Shown: positions 14,088 to 26,399, numbered from the stretch's first letter. The stretch is 64,000 bases of DNA from Octopus sinensis (GCF_006345805.1 NW_021832529.1:49449-113448); one strand, 5' to 3'. The notes: generated from the letters alone by a model not told the origin. Program-made: numbers and translations.

Positions 14088-14276
14088 TCAGTTGGGTATA
14101 CCAGAAAATTTTACGATAGAATTTGTTATTCTGGGCAACTTTCTGATACCCATAATAATATTTATGGCAAAATAGGCCTTAATTTCATTTAAGGTTGTGG
14201 GAAACCACAAACTATCGTTTCTTTCGTTTTGTTTACATTTTAGCGTAACAGTTCGTTTCTGCCGTAATGATTTCAA
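14088..14276 (-). pseudogene. piggyBac-type transposase fragment inside the array
   Basis: WFPTTLNEIKAYFAINIIMGIRKLPRI resembles the N-terminal W..tt..E+kaf+g+.i.MG+.klP motif of piggyBac/PGBD transposases. Confidence 0.6.
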
Positions 14277-14760
14277 ATAGGCTTATTCGAAAAAGTAAAA
14301 AGAAATAGTCTAAGGCTTTACTCTCCTGGGAAAGTCTGTGGCTTGGTCCAGTTTCTTCAAAAGAATCACCGAAAGAAACAGTTTTTAAATTTTCACTCCA
14401 TTCAGGTGCCAATTCATTTTCTTTATCGCTGTCGGATTCACTGTTTTCACTTTAATCGTTGCAAACAGAAAGGAGAAATTAGAGTGATAGCGTCAGTGAA
14501 ACAGTTCGCTCCGTTTGTGTGTGTGTGCGTATGCGTGTGCTGTAGCCCAAACTAAGAAAAGCATTTGACATACACACCACAATGTGAGTTTTCTCTAAAT
14601 TTTGCTTAATTGGGGTTGAAATTTTAAAAACTGGATCTGGCACGACCCGATGCATTCTACTCTTAAAAATGCTAGGTAAATTGTAATTGAAGAAATCCTA
14701 TATTGTAGATTTCTATAAGATACAAAGGGAGGCAGATAAAATCTGCCTTTTATAATAAGA

Positions 14761-15595
14761 CTAGCAGAATTGCCCGGCGTTGCTCGGAGCTGAATTGCTT
14801 GAAAGTACTGTTAATGATTGCACTGAATTATGATGATTATTCAGGCAAATATTGATATAAGTTTACGGACTTAACGATCAAACGTGTGCCATTGCATTGT
14901 TTTGGGGGAACCAAATTTCTGATGAGCATTAGAGGGGCACCAACTTTAAGTTTGAGAAAGTGTGGTGGTAGTCCGGGGTGCTCAAAGGAATTGAGTACCT
15001 CTATTGGATAGTTGATGACGTCCTCTGGGTCAGGAGTTGTATTGATAGACTGATATACATAGACATCCCCAGGAATGAGTGTTAGCATTTCATCATTAAT
15101 ATGGTGAACAGTTTTATTCCTCGGGGCCAGTATAGCCTTTTTGCCAATCCAATCCATATTCTGATAATTAGCTTGTAGATCTGGGAACACTGCATCTGTG
15201 AGATCAGAAGGCGTCTTAAAAATGGTACAAATAGAATCGATGGCAATATTACCATTTTCATCCCCTGGTATTTTGCCTTCGCCAAGTGCAAGGAGGGTGT
15301 GAGGAAATGCTGCTGATGTGAAATTACGTCGCATATGAGCACGCATATTGGTGTGAAGTTTGAGAGTTACTTCCCTTTATTAAAAAAAATATGCATTAAA
15401 ATGGGAAAAAATGAGGGTAAATTATTTGTAAAATCACAGACTCATCGTAGACGCGCGCTAATACCCAGAAGGGCTCGATATGAATCACGACTATAAGATA
15501 CCCGGTTTTGGTTAAACTGCACCGCAAAATGTGGGAGTAGTTAGGAATCTAAATCGTAGGAGACAGACACACAACCTTTCTTTTATATATAAATA
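14761..15595 (-). mobile_element. Helitron deletion derivative retaining a PIF1-like helicase fragment (ORF 14837-15346)
   Basis: KAILAPRNKTVHHIN, YPIEVLNSFEHPGLPPHFLKLKVGAPLMLIRNL and CNGTRLIV are hallmark RepHel helicase motifs; same hairpin plus CTAG 3' end. Confidence 0.92.
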
Positions 15596-16678
15596 TTTTC
15601 GTCCTAAAAGACTTTGTATGGATTGAATGGTTACCTCTATGGAAATATATACACGCACATTATACATACATGTGTGTATAGATGAATATATAAATACATT
15701 TAAATATCTATATACACTTTTGGGCGATCTTTCTGTTTCTTAGAGATAACTTTATCCCGTCCGATTCGCTCCAAAATTTACAGGGACATGTAGAATGAGG
15801 TGACGATGCTCGTGGGCTACCTTAGAAATCCCTATCTTAAAAGGTGTGGTTGCTAGGGGCCATCTTCCTCACTCACCCTATTTCCTCCAGTACCCTGTCA
15901 CTCCTCTTCATTTGACAGGCCACTACGGTTATTTAATGTAATGTCTTCCTCAAATCACTCTCTCGCTATTTACTCCTCTCTTCCAAGAACATTTTCACTC
16001 ACTCTTATCTCTTAGCTTCCCATACATTTTACTCATGTATCTATCAGCGTCATAGACAGAAACAAATATTACATCGCCATCGCCATCGCATTCTATTGTC
16101 TACCTGTCAACACACACACAGTGAATTACTTTCACTTTATTCGTTGCACACTGTGTGTGTGCGTGTGCGTGTGCTGTATCCCACACTAAGAAAAGCATTT
16201 GACTCATACACCACAATGTGAGTTTTCTCTAAATTTTGCTTAATTGGGGTTGAAATTTTAAAAAGTGGACCTGGTAAGACCCGATGCATTCTACTCTTAA
16301 AAATGCTAGGTAAATTGTAATTGAAGAAATCCTATATTGTAGATTTCTATAAGATACAAAGGGAGGCAGATAAAATCTGCCTTTTATAATACTTGGTACT
16401 AAAAAATAACAATTCAATCTTACAAAGTTCAAAACCTTTGCGGTTTCATTTATTATTTATATCCCATACACGTGTAAATAATGAAATTATGCTTGGCATT
16501 ATTCAGACTTTTGGCGGACTTTTCCAAAACTCAGTCGGACTTTACTGCCACTTAAACACCGGTAGATTTCCGAAACAACGGAGATCAACAGGCGAGTGAA
16601 GTGGTGTCGAGATTCCATTTGTTTTCTAGTCTGTCAAATTTTCTTATACTGATGGTAAAAGACCAGATGGTATGATTT

Positions 16679-17452
16679 TCTTCACCCGTTAGCCAAAAAA
16701 AAAAAACCCACCTGCTGGGTGTTAACAACTGTGTAGAAAACGAATATGAGAAAAAAAAAATTTGCGCAAACGAACCGGCGGGTGGGGACAGGACTTTCGG
16801 AAAATTCACAAGATCCGATTTTTCGTCAACTTTGGGGAAAATGTATATATATTGATTTTTTTTTTTACTAGATCCAGTCCCATATTTTTGGTTATGGAGG
16901 ATCCGATTCTGAAATATTTTTTTTTTCAAAACTTCAATTCAGACAAAACAACCGTTAATTTTCAGTGGGGAACTTTGGGTCGCAGTTTTTCATAAAAATT
17001 TGAATTTGTGTTTATTTTTTCCATATTCTTCATCTCCGTACTTTCCCACATAGATTGATTGAAAAAAAACTTTAATTTCATATTACTGCGGGAAATTAAT
17101 CTGAAAGAAATCTTTACAGAAAGGCGAGTGGATCGATTATATATTTCTTTCATTATGTTACCGAAGTTTTGTGAGATTTGGCTCTTATTTCTAGCATGCT
17201 TGAAGGCCAAGGCCGGAGAATAGAGATTTTGAAAATGCGATTTTTGAAATTTTCTTTGCAGAATCGGATCCTCCATAACCAAAAATAAAACCGTAAAAAA
17301 AAATCGAAATATATATCTATTTTCCCGAAAGTTATGATGGAAAAATCAGATCTTGTGAATTTCCCCACACCCCTGATCATTTGCACAATTTTTTTTCTCA
17401 TATTCGTTTTCTACACAGTTGGTTTTTTTTTGTTTTTGTTAACGGGTGAAGA
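16679..17452. mobile_element. MITE-like element with long (~230 bp) imperfect terminal inverted repeats
   Basis: tcttcacccgtta... / ...taacgggtgaaga ends; internal blocks acaactgtgtagaaaacgaatatgagaaaa, aaattcacaagatc and ttttggttatggaggatccgattctg recur inverted. Confidence 0.75.
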
Positions 17453-18099
17453 TCTTTATATTAACACTTTTATGTGTCCTTACACTGATGGACACCCTCT
17501 ATTCTCCAATATAGTACTATGTAAGATTCTTTTGTTACATGCCTGGTCCTTTTACTGTTCTTGCCAGTTGGTTTTCTTACTGTTGTCGACAGAACAAATT
17601 TCAGAATATTCAGTGTTACCTACCAACTATATTTTGCAACTATTGTTATTGAAACCACTGGTATTTGTGAGCAAATAACAAAAAGGGAAAAAATAATAAA
17701 TCCTGGAAACCCTTATTCTAATTACAAAGCACATGGCTCTGTGAAAACCCTTTACCAAATTACATTGTTGCAGACAATTCTGTTACAGTCTCGTCTCCGC
17801 TATTGTCTTTTGAAATGCCCCTTTTGTTAAAAACAAAATTACTATGCACGTATATTTTATGCCAACTGTTCATATATGACAATGGAATTATTTTAAACAT
17901 TTAGGCTGCAGTGACGAGTGGTTATTTACCTAAATTTAGGGATAAGTTAGTTAAAAGTTAGCTCTACAACCACGTGGGCTCGGAGTTTATACATAAAACC
18001 TTAAATTTTCAAAAATGTTTCAGCCCGAAAGCTGCAGCCATGCTGGGGCACTAGCGTTGAATGTACTACACTAGTATGTGAAACCACCTCTGATACGTG

Positions 18100-19100
18100 G
18101 CACTTGCTCAACAAGGGAGCTCAACCCTCCTGCTGAGAGGTAGGTTCATCTGGAACCCCTGACAAGAAGAGATCGAGTTTAGTTTTAAAGAAACCCACAT
18201 CCACACCATGCAGGTCTCTGAGGCATTTAGGAAAAATATTGAAGAGCTGTGGTCCCCTGAAACCCAAGCTGTTGCAGTATCTGGTCCTGTATTTTGATGG
18301 TGATGTTGGGATTTTTTTTTTAGCCCCATGAAGTGGCGCCCTGTTCTGCTGTTGGGGTAACTTTCAATGACAAAATTCGGGACAAGGCCCTCCAGGATTT
18401 TCCAGATGTATATCACTGAATATCGCTCCTGCCTTCGCTCCAGGGAGAAGAGTTTTAATATTTTCATGTCAGGGCCCAGGTCATGCACTGATTTTGACTC
18501 AGGAATTGCAGTTCTTCCTGGGCCAGTGTATCCAGTTTGCATGTTGTTCAGCTTTGTGTGCTGGTAGCGCAGGGCTTGGAACTTTCCTGCATTAAACTGC
18601 ATGTTGTTGTCCTCAGCCAACCTGTATATTGTATCCAACTCCTGTTGCAGATGTGCAATATTTCCAGGGTTTTGTATTGTCTGAGAGAGTTTTGTGTCAT
18701 CTGCATAGCTAGCAAGGGTGGCCATCTTAGCAACTGAGGGCATGTCTGAAAGGGCCACTATGAACAGCAGTGGCCCCAAGACAGTGCCCTGTGGAACAAC
18801 ACTTGTTATTTGTGTTTCCTTGGAGGTGGCTCCATTGGCCATCACTGCCTGCCTTCTAACTTTTAGGAAGTTGTACAGCCATTCTCCAAGTTTTCTGCCT
18901 ATGCCGAGATCATGCAGTTTGTGACAGATCATGCCATGGTTGACTTTATCAGAGGCTTTTGCAAAGTCAAGATATATCACATTCACACTCGAGTCATTTA
19001 GTAGCTGTTTTAACACTGTCATAGTGTTGCAGGAGCTGTGTTAGACAGCTTCTACCTGGTCAAAATCCATGGTGGGTGTCAGTCAGCAAGTCATTTTCTT
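18100..19100 (-). mobile_element. CR1/L2-group LINE reverse transcriptase fragment (degenerate)
   Basis: VIYLDFAKASDKVNH, VPQGTVLGPLLF, YADDTKL, MQFNAGKFQ, SLERRQERY in ORF 18108-19022. Confidence 0.9.
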
Positions 19101-19152
19101 CAAGGAACATGCATATATGTATATGCATATATATACATATACATGTATATAC

Positions 19153-19261
<109 letters not shown>

Positions 19262-19264
19262 TTT

Positions 19265-19795
19265 ATTTATTATATAGAAGGAGCTTCTACAGGACTAGTA
19301 CTGTTTCATTCAAGAGAAATCTTCAGGAAGCTATTTAACAAGAATTGTATTAGCATTTATACATTTAGGCAGGTTTAAAGGAGTGGTGGTGGGGGACTTT
19401 TTTGGGGGTAGGCATAGCGCAAAATATCATACTTGGGGGAGTGGTCAAGGAGTCAGTGGTAAGTTAGATGAAAGAATAGATAAATAAAAAAATAAAAAAA
19501 TAAAAAAATAAAAAAATAAAAATAAAAAAAAAATAAAATAAAAAAATAAAAAAATAAAAATAAAAAAATAAAATAAAAAAATAAAAAAATAAAAAAATAA
19601 AAAAATAAAATAAAAAAATAAATAAATAAAAAAATAAAAAAATAAAAAATATATATAAAAAAATATATATATAAAAAAATATATATATAAAAAAAAGGGG
19701 GGATAGAGTTATAGGTAAATAAGGAGATTCTCACTTATACCTATACACACATGTATACGTATCTACACACATATATATATACACATATATATATG

Positions 19796-19849
<54 letters not shown>

Positions 19850-20299
19850 ATATATATTATGTGTATATATATATGTGTGTAGATACGTATACATGTGTGT
19901 ATAGGTATAAGTGAGAATCTCCTTATTTACCTATAACTCTATCCCCCCTTTTTTTATATATATATTTTTTTATATATATATTTTTTTATATATATTTTTT
20001 ATTTTTTTATTTTTTTATTTTTTATTTTTTATTTTTTTATTTTTTTATTTTTTTAATTTTTTATTTTTTTATTTTTTTATTTATCTATTCTTTCATCTAA
20101 CTTACCACTGACTCCTTGACCACTCCCCCAAGTATGATATTTTGCGCTATGCCTACCCCCAAAAAAGTCCCCCACCACCACTCCTTTAAACCTGCCTAAA
20201 TGTATAAATGCTAATACAATTCTTGTTAAATAGCTTCCTGAAGATTTCTCTTGAATGAAACAGTACTAGTCCTGTAGAAGCTCCTTCTATATAATAAAT
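19265..20299. repeat. Near-perfect foldback palindrome (~500-bp arms) centred on a (TA)n tract
   Basis: 19265-~19770 is the reverse complement of ~19875-20299, including (A6T)n tracts. Confidence 0.92.
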
Positions 20300-20393
20300 T
20301 AATTTACTCTGCTATGTATTGAGTACCTTACTTACTGTGGTTAACCCCGAATCAATCCGGGACCTACATATATATATATATATATATATATAT

Positions 20394-21484
20394 CATCATC
20401 ATCATCATCATCATCATCATTGTTTAGCGTCCGCTTTCCATGCTAGCATGGGTTGGATGGTTTAACTGGGGTCTGGGATGCTAGAAGGCTGCACCAGGCC
20501 CAGTTTGATCTGGCAATGTTTCTACGGCTGGATGCCCTTCCTAACGCCAACCACTCCATGAGTGTAGTGTGTGCTTTTTACGTGCCAGATGAGTCTGGCA
20601 AACGGCCACGATCGGATGGTACTTTTTATGTGCCACCGGCACGGGGGCCAGGCGAGGCTGGCAACGGCCATGAACGGATGGTGCTTTTTACGTGCCACCA
20701 GCAAGTGGCCAGTCGGGGCGGCGCTGGCAACAGCCACGAAACGGATGGTGCTTTTTACGTGCCACCGGCACGAGGCCAGTCGGAGCGGCGCTGGCAACGG
20801 CCACGTTCTGATGGTTCTCTTACGTTGCACCGGCACTGGTAACTCAGCTGCAATTTCCTTTGATCGATTTCGATTCTGATTCTCACTTGCCTCAACAGGT
20901 CTTCACGAGTAGAGTTTTGTGTCCCAAGAAGGGAAGGTATGCATAAGTGGGCTGACTACATCCCATGTAGAAGGCCACGGGTTATGGTCTCACTTGTCCT
21001 GCCGGGTCTTCTCACGCACAGCATACTTCCAGAGGTCTTGGTCTCTAGTCATTTCCTCAGTGAGACCTAAAGTTCGAAGGTCGTGCTTCACCACCTCGTC
21101 CCAGGTTTTCCTGGGTCTGCCTCTTCCACAGGTCCCCTCAACCGCTAGGGTGTGGCACTTTTTCACACAACTATCTTCATCCATTCTCGCCACATGTCCA
21201 TACCAGCGCAAACGTCTCTCTTGCACACCACATCTAATGCTTCTTAGGTCCAACTTTTCTCTCAAGGTACTTACACTCCGTCGGGTATGAACACTGACAT
21301 TACACATCTATTGGAGCATACTGGCTTCATTTCTTGCGAGCTTACGCATATCCTCAGCAGTCACGGCCCATGTTTCACTGCCATGTAGCATGGCTGTTCA
21401 TACACACGCGTCATACAGTCTGCCTTTTACTCTATACGAGAGGCCTTTTGTCACCAGCAGAGGCAAGAGCGCTGCTGGTGACAA
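20394..21484 (-). mobile_element. 5'-truncated RTE-clade LINE: RT C-terminus, 3' UTR with tandem hairpin units and (ATG)n tail
   Basis: RRLRWYGHVARM...RGRPRKTWDEVVKHDL (ORF 20990-21307); tail reads (cat)n on the + strand at 20394-20420. Confidence 0.92.
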
Positions 21485-21502
21485 TATATATATATATATA
21501 TT

Positions 21503-21544
<42 letters not shown>

Positions 21545-21610
21545 GGTCCCGGGTTGATTCGGGGTTAACCACAGTAAATAAGGTACTCAATACATAGCAG
21601 AGTAAAATTA

Positions 21611-22021
21611 ATTTATTATATAGAAGGAGCTTCTACAGGACTAGAACTGTTTCATTCAAGAGAAATCTTCAGGAAGCTAGTTAACAAGAATTGTATTGGC
21701 ATTTATACATTTAGGCAGGTTTAAAGGGGTGGTGGTGGGGGACTATTTGAGGGTAGGCATAGCGCAAAAAAATCACTCTTGGGGGAGTGGTCAAGGAGTC
21801 AGTGGTAAATTCTTCTATCTACTTTACCACTGACTCCTTGACCACTCCCCCAAGTATGATTTTTTTGCGCTATGCCTACCCCCAAATAGTCCCCCACCAC
21901 CACCCCTTTAAACCTGCCTAAATGTATAAATGCCAATACAATTCTTGTTAACTAGCTTCCTGAAGATTTCTCTTGAATGAAACAGTTCTAGTCCTGTAGA
22001 AGCTCCTTCTATATAATAAAT
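21611..22021. repeat. Second foldback palindrome of the same family (~200-bp arms, 13-nt loop 21810-21822)
   Basis: Arms are reverse complements of each other and homologous to 19265-19470. Confidence 0.92.
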
Positions 22022-22073
<52 letters not shown>

Positions 22074-22117
22074 TATATACATGTACATACATATATACAT
22101 ATACATATATATATATA

Positions 22118-22520
22118 GGCGCAGGAGTGGCTGTGTGGTAAGTAGCTTGCTAACCAACCACATGGTTCCGGGTTCAGTCCCACTGCGTGGCATCTTGGGC
22201 AAGTGTCTTCTGCTATAGCCCCGGGCCGACCAATGCCTTGTGAGTGGATTTCGTAGACGGAAACTGAAAGAAGCCTGTCGTATATATGTATATATATATA
22301 TATATGTGTGTTTGTGTGTATATGTTTGTATGTCCGTGTTTGTCCCCCTAGCATTGCTTGACAACCGATGCTGGTGTGTTTACGTCCCCGTAACTTAGCG
22401 GTTCGGCAAAAGAGACCGATAGAATAAGTCCCGTGGTCGATTTGCTCGACTAAAGGTGGTGCTCCAGCATGGCCGCAGTCAAATGACTGAAACAAGTAAA
22501 AGAGTAAAAGAGTAAAAGAG
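22118..22520 (+). mobile_element. tRNA-derived SINE (CORE-like); further copies at ~30192-30360 and ~32770-33150
   Basis: A-box-like TGGCTGTGTGG, B-box-like GGTTCAGTCC, ttgggcaagt core-like block, (gagtaaaa)n tail; three colinear copies. Confidence 0.85.
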
Positions 22521-22617
22521 TATATATATATATATATATATATACATATACACACACACATATATATATATACATATACATACATACATATATAAATATA
22601 GTATCATTATATATAGG

Positions 22618-22684
<67 letters not shown>

Positions 22685-22831
22685 AATATATATTTATATA
22701 TACAAACTATACTACTCAAAACACCATACCTTCCCACTGCTTCCCCCAAAGAATGTGTCTATATGTGTTTAAAATGTTGAAGTATGTATGTATACATCCA
22801 TAATATGTGCATGTATGTGTATATGTGTGCC

Positions 22832-22864
<33 letters not shown>

Positions 22865-23976
22865 CACCTCAGTTTATGGCGGGTGTTTTGCTTGCACATG
22901 GGATCATAGTGCCCTCACATTGGCATTTGATAGCTTGTCCTGGCGTGTCTCTGGATCATGTCAACAGGGTGCAAAGGATCAGTAAGGGGTCAGCCAAGCC
23001 TTATTGGATTTAAAATTCTAGGTTGTACAATCGCTAGGTAAGTGTCATTTACGATACTTGGTCAATTAGGTGGGCCCTGCGGCATGCATGAAGGCCACAG
23101 CTGCGAATCTGAATAAAGCTGACCATGAACACAATACTACTTAGAACTGTCCTTGCAGAAATTTCACATGGTAGATGGTCATTGATGGCCTTTTTTACTC
23201 ATGAGTGGATAACCATCGTCATCTTCACCATATATACATACACGAAAAATTCATGTTTACATATATACATAACTACAAACAATCATACATACACGTATAA
23301 ATCCAAACATAGGTATACACACACACACATATGTGTGCAAACGTAAACAACAACATACTTAAATACAAATACAACTGTACACATACACCCACGTACATTC
23401 ATACACATGTATTTATATCCGTATATATGTACATATACATAGCTATCTGCGTACCTGCCATTTCTTACACAATGAAACACACATTCAAATGCTGACTCAC
23501 TATTTCTTTTCTTTAACAATTCTAAAATATCTCAATTTATTGTCATTGAATTTCTTATCCCTATTCAAATCTTAGGTCAACCTTTTCCGTCAATTTAGAA
23601 ACACGTATGTATGAATGTATGTGGGTGTATGTATTTAGAAAAAATAGGTAAGACCGAAATATGTATACGCTCACACCTATCCATCAATTCATCTATCTGT
23701 CTATACATACATGCATATACTCATATATACATATATATATAAATTGAATGTATATACATATAAGTATATAATTAGGGGATATGTTAACCTTGTGAAGGGA
23801 TGGTTGCATTCAAGGAAACACTGGTATTTTGGGGCAATGAAATACCTTTAAAACAATAGGTATATATTAAGAATATAGTTTATATCCATTTCAAAAAAGA
23901 AAAGAAAATGGAGATAAGGAAGTTGATAGTTGTTTATTGCTTACAAAGTGGTCATCTTCGCTGCTTACAATTGTTT

Positions 23977-24525
23977 TGTAGTGACGCTATCCAACAGCGC
24001 GCGCGCGCAACGCCCTCTCGCGCATACGCGAAGACCGGAAGAGGGAATTAGCTTATGTGTCGTTAGCTGATTGGGCGAAGGAACCCCTTGACAGGGCGTA
24101 CAGAGACGGAGAGAGAAATAGCAGCAGTCAGCGGCGACTTGAGGCACAGCGGTCGAAGGCACCAGACGTGTAACTCTCTCTCTCTCTCCGGATTTGTTAT
24201 AGCAGCAGTCAGCAGAAGACTTTCAACCTGACATTTGTTGCAGACCACATCATCTTCTCCCTCCGGACGCCATCTTGGCCAGTGTTGTTTGCATTTGAAC
24301 ATTGTAAAAGCTTACAAGCGATAAAGTTCAGCTCTGACACATCCATACCAAGCGGAACCAGATATACCACTTATTTCTTACCGTTATAAGAGAATAAAGT
24401 ATATATATTTTTTACGTTTGCGTCTTGTTGTTTCTGACTGGTAGAATCTGGATATTAAAAGCAACGGAAAGTGATTGCACCACTTGCACCCAGCAAGTGC
24501 AGGAGGTATATTAGTTCCCGTTACA
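23977..24525 (+). repeat. Solo Gypsy-type LTR (family 2) with 4-bp TSD GTTT
   Basis: gttt|TGTAGTGA...CCCGTTACA|gttt; homologous to the LTR fragment in each Helitron array unit. Confidence 0.85.
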
Positions 24526-24695
24526 GTTTCAATAAATTAATTTACAAATTTGTACATTAATATTGCATTTATGTGACATGAGTATAATTTCATCAGAGAA
24601 AAAAAGCTGCTCCTTTTGATGTTATATATGGACCCATCTTCTTTTTTCCTTTTAAATGGATATAAACTGTGTGTGTGTATATATACATATGTATG

Positions 24696-24728
<33 letters not shown>

Positions 24729-24739
24729 ATGTATATGTA

Positions 24740-26399
24740 TATATCTGTACATGTCTCTCATTGGACACTAAACTTCGCTTCTCTCCAGGGAGTAGAGTCT
24801 TAAGTGTTTCAAACTTTCCCAGTAGCTGAGCTGTTACAAAGAGACGATCTTCTTTGTGAATCTTCTCTGGATTGCTTCAAGGTCCACTGTTAATTTCACA
24901 CTGGTGGGTGGCCGTAGCTGTGAGCAATAATCTAGGCGGCTGAGGACGAATGTCTGCTAGTGGACCATCATGGTTTCCTTATCTCTGGTTCGGAATGTTC
25001 TTAGGATCCATCCAGCCAGTCGTCTGCACTTTGTCGCCATCCTGGTAATGAGCACTTGGAAAGAGGTATCATCACTCATGTCTATACCCAGGTCCCTCAC
25101 TGACTTAGGCTCTGGGGTTGAAATTCCCTGTGGACCAGTGTACCCTGTAAGTTAGGTTTTGATGCTGGTGGCGCAGGGCTTGGAATTTTTTGGCATTAAC
25201 CCTTTCGTTACCAAACCGCCCAAAGCCGCCCGAAAAAATTTTGGTTAATGTGACCAAACAGCCCAAAGCCGCCCCAAAAAAATTTTGGTTAATGTGACCA
25301 AACCACCCAAAGCTGCCCGAATTTACCTATTCATATTTAAATGAGAATATCAGAGCAAATCTCTTTCGTACATTCATGAAAACACGTAATTATACTTCGT
25401 AAACAGTTCATCTACAGTTTTGTACAAAGATCGACGTGTAATTTTAATTCCCTGAATTTTGGGAGATTTTTTTCCACATTTTTTTCGAAATGGATTGGAG
25501 TTTCATGTTATCAAGCATTGATTCTGATTTGGAAAATTTGTGAAGCAAATACTGGGTACTGTTGTGGATTTAGTTTTTATACAGGGAAACTAATGTTAGT
25601 CAGCATGGCTTAGGGTATGATGTGGTCTGGAAGTTATTGTTTGAAGCGATCAATGCGGAAACAAACTTACGCAAAATGTAAACAAAGACAAAATGGGGGT
25701 TCAAATTTCGGAAAATTTGTGAAGCAAATACTGGGTACTGTTGTGGATTTAGTTTTTATACAGGGAAAATAATGTTAGTCATCATGGCCTAGGGAACGAT
25801 GTGGTCTGGAATTTATCACTTCCATACCATAACCAGAGCCGTATATTATTTTTTGACCGATTTCTTTAGTTCGGTCAAACTTGCGGTGAATTCCAGTATT
25901 TCACTTTATTCCACCTTTATGGTACATCTGTTGTGCATTAAATTCAACTGATGATATAGTGATGTGCACAATTCTTCTTTATCAAAATTTTGTTGCATAC
26001 CCATTTGAATATTAGTTGATGATTCATTTTCTATGGTGATGTTGAAACAAAATTTTAATATTTTTACCTTTTGTTCAATTTAAAATTTTAATATTTTTAC
26101 CTTTTGCTCAATTTACCTCGATTTACCTGTAATTAAAGTCACTTTGAGACAAAAGTTATGCAATAGAATTGATTAAGAAACCTTTCTTTAATTATGTTCC
26201 AAATATCACATTAAAATGTTGATAAGTAAAAAAGTTACAGTTATTTAATGAAACAAGCCTAGATTCATGATTATTTTAGAATTTAATTGAAACTCATGAG
26301 GGGTGTATTTTGGTCAGAAATATAGTAATGAAAGGGTTAAACTGCATATTATTATCCTCAGCCAATCTATAAATGGAGTCCAACTCCTGCTGCTTATAC

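Larger units (their letters stand above)
2799..16391 (-). repeat. Tandem array of ~1.94-kb Helitron-derived composite units (about 6 regular units plus variant terminal units)
   Basis: Helitron 3' end (minus strand: CCCG-agcaacgc-CGGG hairpin, then ...ctgCTAG|T) recurs at + coordinates 3611, 5550, 7481, 9418, 11346, 13286 (spacing 1928-1940) and 14761. TC-starting 5' end TCTTATTATAAAAGGCAGATTTTATCTGCC recurs ending near 2860, 4799, 6732, 8668, 10593, 12535, 14760 and (truncated) 16391. Confidence 0.9.

Noticed and set aside
16630-16675. YTDG peptide (SVKFSYTDGKRPDG) as an alternative catalytic exon
   Set aside because: No RNase H context around it, it lies upstream of the HBD exon and has a weak donor; likely chance or a retroelement endonuclease relic.
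20560-20830. CRISPR-like repeat-spacer array
   Set aside because: Units are degenerate along their whole length with no unique spacers, sit in a LINE 3' UTR, and the context is eukaryotic with no cas genes.
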